Below are positions 18,509 to 28,622 of a DNA stretch of 64,000 nucleotides, one piece after another. Position numbers and translations under genes: made by a program. The first letter of the stretch is position 1. Every line of letters begins with the position of its first letter. This stretch comes from Candidatus Eiseniibacteriota bacterium (GTDB lineage: Bacteria; Eisenbacteria; RBG-16-71-46). The stretch covers positions 1,088,001 through 1,152,000 of the forward strand of contig CAVSAC010000012.1 of the NCBI GenBank assembly GCA_963725865.1, given 5' to 3'. The notes below the pieces were generated by a model. The model ran no database searches. It was not told the DNA's origin and saw nothing but the letters and a program-made list of their open reading frames with translations.

Positions 18509-19254
18509 ATCCGGGCCTCCAGCGTGTCGTCGATCTGGGTCAGCATGACGCGCAGGTCGGGCTCGCGGATCGGGTACGACGTCGCGAGCAGCTCCTTCGA
18601 GACCGGACGCGAGCCGGTCACCAGGCGCTCCTTGGCGCGGAAGTAGACATCTTTCTTCAGCACCCAGGACGGCGCGCCACCCAGCTCGTGCTGGATCTCG
18701 AACTTCCGGTCGAGTGGGTACTCGATCATCCAGCGGCGGTGCCCGATCGGGCTCTCGGCCACGATCCACACCTCGTCCTGGCCCAGGTACTCGATGTGGT
18801 GCTCCATCTTCGACGCGAACAGGTGGGAGCCCACGCGCAGGCCGCGCTTGAGCGTGAGCGTGTGGTAGCTGATCCCGTGCTTTTCGTCGAACATGCGGCC
18901 GTTGACGATGCCGGCGAGCACGCCGTCGATGACGCCGACCAGGCAGTACTCGTTGCGCACGCGGTAGGTCTTCCAGCCCAGCAGCTCGGCGAACAGGCGC
19001 GCCGAGACGATGTCGTAGAAGTCACGATTCAGCCAGCTCAGCGGCTGGATGATCTTGAGCATCGTGTCGACCTCGTCGATCGAGGCCTGGCGCACGACCA
19101 TGGTCTCGCCGCTGGCGAGCGTGATCGCCTTGGGCGGGTAGGGAGCCATCGGCAGCACCGGCGGCCGAAGGCTGGCTTCGAGTTCGTCGATCATCCGCAC
19201 GTCCTCCTCAGTGAGCATCTCGCCGGTATCCCAATCGACGAGCTTTCGGGGCAT
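18505..19254 (-). CDS. Putative GNAT-fold acyltransferase, function unknown
   Basis: LVGVIDGVLAG strand, then KRGLRVGSHL resembling the acetyl-CoA-binding motif A; RBS GGAG 5 nt before the ATG. Confidence 0.55.
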   Translation of the reverse strand: MPRKLVDWDTGEMLTEEDVRMIDELEASLRPPVLPMAPYPPKAITLASGETMVVRQASIDEVDTMLKIIQPLSWLNRDFYDIVSARLFAELLGWKTYRVRNEYCLVGVIDGVLAGIVNGRMFDEKHGISYHTLTLKRGLRVGSHLFASKMEHHIEYLGQDEVWIVAESPIGHRRWMIEYPLDRKFEIQHELGGAPSWVLKKDVYFRAKERLVTGSRPVSKELLATSYPIREPDLRVMLTQIDDTLEARI

Positions 19255-19263
19255 CGTGGCTCC

Positions 19264-19301
19264 AGAACAGAAGAACCCCACGCGGAGGCCGCGAGGGGTT
19301 C
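19264..19301 (-). terminator. Intrinsic-terminator-like hairpin in the operon leader (possible attenuator)
   Basis: mRNA sense GAACCCC-U-CGCGG-CCU-CCGCG-U-GGGGUUC followed by UUCUGUUCU, directly before the RBS. Confidence 0.55.
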
Positions 19302-19478
19302 AATGGGTGCTGCGGACCGGTGGGGCCGGATGAGGCGCTTGCCGGGTGCGACGGGGGTGCGCAAAGAGTAGCACCGCGGATGACGGGAAGCACTTCGCGG
19401 GCACGCCCTGGGACGCGTCCGATGTTCAGGTCTGGTGAATCCCGCGCGGCCGCGCGGCGGCGCCTCGCGGATCGAGCG

Positions 19479-20174
19479 CTAGACCTCGGCCGGCGCCTCG
19501 CGCTCGGCGAGCTCCGGGGCCAGCTCGGGCGTCGCACCGCGCGGTGCGGCGCCTTCCTGCTCGCGGAGCTGCTTGCCCCAGCGGCTGTGCCGCCGCGCGA
19601 TGCGCCGCGCGCTCGGCTCGGTGACGCGCTTGGGCAGGGGGTCGCGCAGCATCAGCGTCCCGAGCAGCGCGTCGGCGAGCGGGAACACGACGTTGAAGTT
19701 GCGCCCCATGTGCGCGTGGTGCAGGCGGTGGTGTCGCTCGAGGAAGCGGAACGGCGCGCTGCGCTCGATCCAGCCGATCGAGGGCTTGTGCATCAGGTAG
19801 TGGAATCCCTCGTATGCGAGGTAGTAGAGGAAGAACGTGACCCCGAACGCGACGACGAACGCGCCCGGGTGCAGCGCGCTGGCGTGCGCGCCGAGCGCCC
19901 ACCAGGCGGCCAGCCACGGCAGCACGTTGATGCCGATCAGGACCGGGCCGCCCCACCACTGGAAATGGAGGGCCTCCTCCTGTTCCTCCTCGGTCACGAG
20001 GAAGGTGTCGTCGTGCTTGCAGAGTTGATGGTGCACCAGCGTGTGGGCGGTGAACATCTGCGGCGGCAGCCACGGGCGGTGCAGCCAGTAGCGGTGGTAC
20101 ACCCATTCGAACAGGCTGGCCTGGAGCAGCGCGACGGGCAGGGCGGCGAGGACCGCGAGCAGGGCAGGGGGCAC
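19479..20174 (-). CDS. Fatty acid hydroxylase/sterol desaturase family protein
   Basis: His boxes EWVYHRYWLH, HTLVHH, YEGFHYLMH, HHRLHH..NFNVV; GTG start inferred. Confidence 0.75.
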   Translation of the reverse strand: MPPALLAVLAALPVALLQASLFEWVYHRYWLHRPWLPPQMFTAHTLVHHQLCKHDDTFLVTEEEQEEALHFQWWGGPVLIGINVLPWLAAWWALGAHASALHPGAFVVAFGVTFFLYYLAYEGFHYLMHKPSIGWIERSAPFRFLERHHRLHHAHMGRNFNVVFPLADALLGTLMLRDPLPKRVTEPSARRIARRHSRWGKQLREQEGAAPRGATPELAPELAEREAPAEV

Positions 20175-20387
20175 GAGATGGGCTCCGGACGTCGGGGGCG
20201 CGCAGGACGTTCCGGCGGGGCGCGCGCGCTGCACGGACCTCCGGGCCGCGCGCGGAGGCACGCCTGGGGGCGAGGCGTCCGTGAATGCGGAACGGGGAAC
20301 GTAGCACACTCGTCGTCGCGCTCCGCCACGGAATCGGGCGGCCGCGGCGTCGCGCCGACCGGCGCGCCGCCCGGGCCGCGAGCGCCG

Positions 20388-22565
20388 TCAGCGCGTCCGC
20401 CGCCGCATGAGCTCCAGCGTCGCGGCCACCTTGGGATCGCCGGAGCGAATCGCGGACGGGATGGTCGCGAGGATCCGTCGCGCGCCGGCGGAGTCGCCGA
20501 GCGCGGCTCGGATCCACGCCAGGTGGGCGCGCACGAGGTTCACATCCAGACCGTTCGCCGCGGCCGCGGCGAGCCGCCGGGACGCCGAATCGAGCGATCC
20601 CGTCACGATCTCGAGCCGCACGAGCGGGACGAGCGCGGGCTCGAAGCCCGGCAGGATCCCCGCCGCGGCCGTCAGGAGCGTGCGGGCCTCGTCGCGATTC
20701 CCCTGCTGCTCGGCTTGCGCCGCCTGCTGTACCAGCAGGTCCGCGGCCTCGCGCAGCGGCAGCCCGGCGAGGTCGTACTGCGATCGCGCCTCGTCGAAGC
20801 GCCCGCTCCGCGCGAGGCGATCCGCATAGCGCACCCGCGTCGATGCGGCCTCGGGCGCCCATCGCACCGCGGACGCGAGGCAGTCGAGGGCCTGCCGCTC
20901 GTCGCCGACCAGCGCGTACGCGGTCGCCGCATTCTCGTACATCCCGGCGCGCGCGAGTCGCCCGGTCAGCGTGCGGGATCCGGGCATCTCGCGGGCGCGG
21001 TCGATCGCGATCGCCTGCGCGTACAATGTCAGCGCCCGTCGCGCCTCGCCCTGCGCCAGCCAGGCGTCCGCCATCGTGAGCGCGCTCGACCACCGGACGT
21101 GCACGGGGTCGGCGGGGATCAGCGGAGCGAAGACGATCGAAGCGGCGATCACCCCCAGCCCCGCGGTCACCCACACCTCGCGCCAGCGGCGGGCCCGCCA
21201 GGTGGCCATCGCGTTTTCGACGCCGATCCCGGACAGGATCGCCAGCGGCGGGATCAGGTGGATGCGGTAGCGGTCGACCACGAAGAACGCTGCGGTCCCG
21301 AGCGCGAGTGCCACGAGCCAGCCGCACGCCAGGCGCGCGACCGGCCCGCGGCGCCACGCGACCACGAAGCCGAGCAGTCCGAGCACGCCGAACGGCGCGA
21401 AGCCCCAGTCGAGGGGCCAGCCGAGCGGGCCCACCGCGTGGTCGTAGGCCGCGGTGTCGATGAGCTGCGACAGCTCGCGGTGATTGAACAGGAAGCCGAG
21501 CTTCCGAGCGAGCAGTTCGAGGACCCGCGCCGGGTGAGCCCGCAGGTGATCGAGCGTCGCCGCGAACCAGTACCGCGAGCTCGCGGCCGGCGAGAGGTGG
21601 AGCCCCAGCGCCTGAGCGAGGTAGTCGCGGCCGTCTCCCTGCGTGCCGCCGGCTCCATCGGGTTCGCGTTCCACCGGCGGGCCGTACGCGGTGGCGACCG
21701 GAACGTAGGTGCCGTTGGCGAGCGGGCCGTTCCCGACGTAGAAGTTGAACCCGCCACTGTATGTGATCGGCGTCCACGATCCGCCCACGCGCGACTGCAG
21801 GAACGCGGTCAGCACCAGGACCGCGACCGGGACGACGAGCGCGGCGCCGAGCGCCCGCAGGCGCCGCGCGCCGGACTGGCCCACCAGGTACGCGCCGTAC
21901 GGCACCAGCAGGAGCAGAAAGGTCGGTCGCCCCGCTCCCATCAGCCCGATCAGCGCGCCGATCCACAGCGGTCGGCTCGACCGTCCCCGCACGACGAGCC
22001 ACAGCGCGAGGCTGCCGAGGAACAGCAGCAGGCTCTCGCCGAGCACCAGCAGGTCGAACGCCACCGCCATCCCGTAGCCCGCGAGCGCCACCCCCACCAG
22101 CACTCCGGCGCGGGTGCTTGCGATCCGCCGCGTGGCGTCGGCGAGCAGCACGACGGCCGCGGCGCCGAGCACCGCCTGCGCCCCGAGGACGCTCGCGATC
22201 GAATCGCCGAGCAACGAGCGCATGACCGCGAGCCAGTAGGGGTAGAGCGGGGCGAGGAAGAACGGCTGGACGGGCAGCCACTGACCGGCCCGCAGCTGTC
22301 CCGCCCACCGCCAGTACACATCCGCGTCGGCGGTCAGCTCGGTGAGCAGCGGGCCGCCGGCCAATCGCGCGAGCGCGAGCGCGCGCCAGCCGAGCGCCAC
22401 GACGAAGAGCACGATCAGGAATCCGAGCCACCACGGTGGCCGCGTGGTCGCTGACTCCGCCGCGCCGGGGCGGCTCGCCGAGCGTCGCCGCGACTTCCGC
22501 GGCCCGGGCCGTCGCTCACCCGCGGCGTGCGACCCGCGGGGCCGCGCGTCCGCACCGCGGCTCAT
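20388..22565 (-). CDS. Polytopic membrane protein, GT-C/ArnT-PMT-like with C-terminal TPR repeats
   Basis: DADVY, PFFLAPLYPY, GGFNFYVGNG, FFVVDRYR; many TM segments then helical repeats. Confidence 0.7.
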   Translation of the reverse strand: MSRGADARPRGSHAAGERRPGPRKSRRRSASRPGAAESATTRPPWWLGFLIVLFVVALGWRALALARLAGGPLLTELTADADVYWRWAGQLRAGQWLPVQPFFLAPLYPYWLAVMRSLLGDSIASVLGAQAVLGAAAVVLLADATRRIASTRAGVLVGVALAGYGMAVAFDLLVLGESLLLFLGSLALWLVVRGRSSRPLWIGALIGLMGAGRPTFLLLLVPYGAYLVGQSGARRLRALGAALVVPVAVLVLTAFLQSRVGGSWTPITYSGGFNFYVGNGPLANGTYVPVATAYGPPVEREPDGAGGTQGDGRDYLAQALGLHLSPAASSRYWFAATLDHLRAHPARVLELLARKLGFLFNHRELSQLIDTAAYDHAVGPLGWPLDWGFAPFGVLGLLGFVVAWRRGPVARLACGWLVALALGTAAFFVVDRYRIHLIPPLAILSGIGVENAMATWRARRWREVWVTAGLGVIAASIVFAPLIPADPVHVRWSSALTMADAWLAQGEARRALTLYAQAIAIDRAREMPGSRTLTGRLARAGMYENAATAYALVGDERQALDCLASAVRWAPEAASTRVRYADRLARSGRFDEARSQYDLAGLPLREAADLLVQQAAQAEQQGNRDEARTLLTAAAGILPGFEPALVPLVRLEIVTGSLDSASRRLAAAAANGLDVNLVRAHLAWIRAALGDSAGARRILATIPSAIRSGDPKVAATLELMRRRTR

Positions 22566-23566
22566 CGGCGCGATCGGCGCTCGCCGGCCGGCGCCGGGGC
22601 CCGATGGGCGATGGCGCGCGACAGCACCGGGTAAGTGACCAGCGGGTTCCCGCCCTCCTGTTCCGGGTCGACCACGTCGTGGTTCAGGTGGAGCGCGGCG
22701 GGGAACTCGTAGGTCGAGACCGTGGCGCCGTGCGCGCGCCAGCGGCGCACCAGGGTGGCGGTGAGTCCGTTGTCGGCCGCGATGTCCCCGCCGACCGTCA
22801 CGACGTCGACGCTCCGGCAGGCGGCGCGCGTGCGCCCGGCGGCGTCGAGCACGGCGCCGCCCAGCAGCATCGTGGCTCCCACGCCACGGGTGGCGAACCG
22901 CGGATAGACGTGGCGCGGCCCCCCGAGGTGCTCGCGCGCGCGGTCATCCCACCAGACGAACGTGTTCGGCAGCAGCAGCGCCGTGCGCGTGAGCGCCGCG
23001 GTTCGCGGCTCTCCGGGCGCGCGCGCCCAGCCGAGCATCGGGGCGATCACCACCACGTGGTCGACGTCGCCGCGCTCCTGGGCCGCCCACGCGGCCATCA
23101 CCCCGCCGATCGAGAGGCCGGCGACCGTGACGCTGTCGCCGAGCCCGTCCGCGGCGTCGAGCACGCGGTCGGTGAAGCGCGCGAGCTCGCGCGCGTCGAG
23201 GCTCGCGAGCGCCTCGGTCATCCGGTCGGCGTAGCCGTGCCGGGGCAGCCGCGGGATCAGCACGTTGGCGCCCTGCGCGAAGGCGGCGCGCCCGAGCGAA
23301 TCGAACTGCGCCGGGCAGTTCGTGAGCCCGTGCAGCAACACCACGACGCGCGCCGTGCGTCCGCCGTGGGTGAGGAGGCGCGTGCCGCAGTCCCCCGCGA
23401 TCGCGTCGGTGTCGGTGGCGCGCAGCGAGTCGACGACGCGCAGCGCGTCGTCGTAGGAGCGGGCCGGGAGCGGGCGGGACGCGAGCTCGCGCGGCGCGAG
23501 CGGGCGCATCAGCATCGCGACGAGCACGGCGATCAGCAGCAGGGCCACCCCCAGGGCACGACGCAT
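22562..23566 (-). CDS. Alpha/beta hydrolase (carboxylesterase-like) with N-terminal anchor
   Basis: LLHGLTN, PRLPRHG, GLSIGG nucleophile elbow, LNHD. Confidence 0.8.
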   Translation of the reverse strand: MRRALGVALLLIAVLVAMLMRPLAPRELASRPLPARSYDDALRVVDSLRATDTDAIAGDCGTRLLTHGGRTARVVVLLHGLTNCPAQFDSLGRAAFAQGANVLIPRLPRHGYADRMTEALASLDARELARFTDRVLDAADGLGDSVTVAGLSIGGVMAAWAAQERGDVDHVVVIAPMLGWARAPGEPRTAALTRTALLLPNTFVWWDDRAREHLGGPRHVYPRFATRGVGATMLLGGAVLDAAGRTRAACRSVDVVTVGGDIAADNGLTATLVRRWRAHGATVSTYEFPAALHLNHDVVDPEQEGGNPLVTYPVLSRAIAHRAPAPAGERRSRR

Positions 23567-23701
23567 GGAGCGACCCTACTCCACGGGAGCGGGCGCGGGC
23601 GACACCGGAATGCGCGCACAACTGGCGGGGTGCAGCCGCGCGGCGGCCGCGCTAGGATGCCCGCGGCCATTCCACCCCATCGTCCCCGGAGGAAGTCGTC
23701 C

Positions 23702-25765
<2,064 letters not shown>

Positions 25766-25847
25766 GAGCGATGCGCCCGCGGGGACGCGCGGCCGGCGGC
25801 TGAGGGGTACCGCGCCTGCGGCCGGCCGCGCGGGCGGCCCGCATGCA

Positions 25848-25883
25848 CGACGGCCCGCAGGAGTGGATCCCTGCGGGCCGTCG
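25848..25883. terminator. Hairpin between convergent genes
   Basis: CGACGGCCCGCAGG-8 nt-CCTGCGGGCCGTCG, 14-bp perfect stem. Confidence 0.65.
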
Positions 25884-25907
25884 CGATCGGCTGCGCGAGT
25901 TGCGCGA

Positions 25908-26780
25908 CTACGAGGTCATGATGACCAGGTGCTTGACCTTGCGGAAGGCGACCGGGTCGAGGATGTGCAGCTCGAGCTTGCCGCCCGCCGGGCGCAACTC
26001 GTAGCTCGCCGGCGGCTGCGCGCTGAGCACCTGCGCCTTCGGCGTCGGGATGTTGACCACGTCCTGATGGTCGGTGTCCAGCGCCGTGAACAGCGCCGCA
26101 TCGACGCGACCCGACGGCGTCAGGGTCTTGCCCATTCCCAGCACGCCGCCCTTCGCGGCGACGATGCCGGTGGTGGTGAGCTGCTTCTTGTCGGCGACCA
26201 CGTAGTACACGGTCGCGACCTCCTGGCGCTTCTCCTCGATCGTCTGCTGGTCGGCGCGGATGGTCTCCTGGTTCTGCGCGACCTCGGTCGACAGCCCCTG
26301 GACCTCGGTGTGGAGCGAATCCACCTGGACGGACAGCGAGGCGACCATCTGCTCCTTGTCGGCCACCGACTGCTTGAGCCCCGCGATCAACTTCTGCAGG
26401 CCCGCCACGCGGATGCCGCTCCGCTTGACGTCCGCTTCCAGCTTGGTGATGCGATCCTTGCTGCGCTGCACGCTCGCCTTGAGCGCGGCGATGCGGTCGA
26501 GCGCCTCGTGGCTGTCGGGCCCCGAGAGCCGGCGCTCGGCATCCAGCTCGCGCGCGACGACGTTGACCGCGGTGTCGCCCAGGGCGATCGCCCCGAGGCT
26601 GTCCTGGATCTGCGCGATGGCGTCGAATGTCTCGGCGTAGCGGGCGCGCACCGACTCCTCCGAGGCCTTGGTCTCGCGGAAGTCGGCGACGGTCTTCTGG
26701 TAGCGCTGGTAGAGCACGCCGGAGGCGCCGAGCAGCGCGGCGATGATGGCGACCAGGGCAATCACGAGAGGTTTGCGCAT
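25908..26780 (-). CDS. Membrane-anchored coiled-coil protein, Cbp1-like family
   Basis: N-terminal TM, long heptad region, C-terminal VYYVVADKKQL...GGVLG...VLSAQPPASYEL...ILDP; GGAG RBS. Confidence 0.6.
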   Translation of the reverse strand: MRKPLVIALVAIIAALLGASGVLYQRYQKTVADFRETKASEESVRARYAETFDAIAQIQDSLGAIALGDTAVNVVARELDAERRLSGPDSHEALDRIAALKASVQRSKDRITKLEADVKRSGIRVAGLQKLIAGLKQSVADKEQMVASLSVQVDSLHTEVQGLSTEVAQNQETIRADQQTIEEKRQEVATVYYVVADKKQLTTTGIVAAKGGVLGMGKTLTPSGRVDAALFTALDTDHQDVVNIPTPKAQVLSAQPPASYELRPAGGKLELHILDPVAFRKVKHLVIMTS

Positions 26781-27027
26781 GAGTTGTCTCCTTGCTCGCG
26801 GCCGGTGAGGACCCAGTGTCGTGGACGAGGCGGCTCGATTCGCCGCTCGGGTTGGGGAGCGAGTGGGAGAGTAGGCATGGGAGCGACCGGACGGCAATAC
26901 TTCTCTCGGTGCGTCATGGTTCTGTCAGGCGCGGATTTCTCCAACTTTCTTCGCGGCGTCATCGCGCGATCGCGTCGCGCGCGATCCGACACGTGCCTGT
27001 CGTCGGCGCCATCGCAGCGTCCGCGGC

Positions 27028-28332
27028 TCAGGGAGTCACGGACGAGTGAGCCTGCCCGTCCGCGGCGCGCCGCGCGGGGGTGCCGAGGCGGAACGCGAGG
27101 TTGAGCACCAGCGCCAGCAGCGTCCCGAACGCGATGCCGGAGACGTTGGTGCCGCCCACCGTCACGCCCTTCACGCCCAGGCCGGTCGCCGCGATCAGCG
27201 AAGCGCCCGCCACCACCATGTTGCGGTGATCCGCGAGATCGACGTGCGCGTCCATCCAGATCTTCACGCCCATGAGCGCGATCAGGCCGTAGAGGATGAG
27301 CGTCACGCCGCCCAGCACCGGATTGGGGATCGAGTGGATGAGCGCGCCGAACCGGGGGCACAGCCCGAGCAGGATCGCGATGCTCGCGGCCATGACGAAG
27401 TTGTACGACGAGAACACCCGCGTGATCGCCATCACGCCCATGTTCTCCGCGTAGGTGGTCTGCGGGGTGCCGCCGCCCATCGCCGAGACGAACGTCGCCA
27501 CCGCGTCACCCAGGTACGCGCGTCCCAGGTGCGGATGGAGGTCGCGCTTCATGTAGCTCGAGATCGCCGCGATGTGTCCCTTGTTCTCTGCCACCAGCAC
27601 GATCGCCACCGGCGCGATCGCGAGCATCGCCGCCGTGCTCCAGCGCGGGGTCTGGAACGGCGGCAGCCCGATCCACGGCGCCGAGCCGATCGCCCCGAGC
27701 GCCTTGGGATCGAGCAGTCCGACCGCGGCCGCCACGCCGTAGCCCACGACCACCCCGGTCAGCACCGGCAGCAGCCTCAGGATGCCGCGCGCGTACACCG
27801 AGACCAGGGCGGCCGTGAAGAACGTGACCAACGCCACCAGCAGCGCGAGGCGGTCCCCGGTGCCACGGATGACGAAGTCCGCGTTGATGGCATTGCCGAC
27901 CGCGGAGGCCGCCAGGTTCAGGCCGATGATCGCGACGACGGTGCCGGTGACGATCGGCGGCATCAGCGCGTCGATCCAGCCCGAGCCCCACCGCAGCGTG
28001 GCCGCCGCCGCGATCATGTAGAGCACGGCGGCCGCGGCGATGCCCCCGAGCGCGTCGGGGATCAGCGCCGCCGCGCCGCCGGTGACCGCGAGCACCGGGC
28101 CGATGAAAGAGAAGCTCGAGCCCAGATAGCTCGGCACCTTCATGCGCGTGATGACGAGGAAGATGAGCGTTCCGACGCCCGAGAAGAAGATGGCGAGCTG
28201 GGGATCGAAGCCCATGATGACGGGCGCCAGCACCGTGGCGCCGAACATCGCCACCACGTGCTGCAGCCCCATCGGGACGAGTCGCGCGAACGGAATGCGG
28301 TCCTCGGGATAGAGGATGCGGTCTTCGTTCAT
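27028..28332 (-). CDS. NCS2 nucleobase:cation symporter, uracil (UraA/RutG) type
   Basis: GLQHVVAMFG, SYLGSSF, ENKGH, TTYAENMGVMAITRV. Confidence 0.88.
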   Translation of the reverse strand: MNEDRILYPEDRIPFARLVPMGLQHVVAMFGATVLAPVIMGFDPQLAIFFSGVGTLIFLVITRMKVPSYLGSSFSFIGPVLAVTGGAAALIPDALGGIAAAAVLYMIAAAATLRWGSGWIDALMPPIVTGTVVAIIGLNLAASAVGNAINADFVIRGTGDRLALLVALVTFFTAALVSVYARGILRLLPVLTGVVVGYGVAAAVGLLDPKALGAIGSAPWIGLPPFQTPRWSTAAMLAIAPVAIVLVAENKGHIAAISSYMKRDLHPHLGRAYLGDAVATFVSAMGGGTPQTTYAENMGVMAITRVFSSYNFVMAASIAILLGLCPRFGALIHSIPNPVLGGVTLILYGLIALMGVKIWMDAHVDLADHRNMVVAGASLIAATGLGVKGVTVGGTNVSGIAFGTLLALVLNLAFRLGTPARRAADGQAHSSVTP

Positions 28333-28622
28333 GGTCGTGCCTTCGCCAGGTGGAGTCCGCGGGGGGGAGGCCGAGCATAGTCCGCGCGCCCAGCGCGCGC
28401 ACGCCGGCGCGGGAATACCACGGGCCCGCGTGGCGTAGGTCCATCGTCATCGCCGACCGCACCCGGTCCGCGATCGACGCGGTCCGCCGCGGAGATTCCC
28501 GTGGACAGCCTGCGTCGACGCGCGGATACTGCGTTCAGACGACCGGGGCGGCGCGAGCCGACCGGTCGTCTGCGTTTTCTGGGCGCGGGATGGCCGTCCA
28601 CCCGACCGGATGACGAGTTCGC

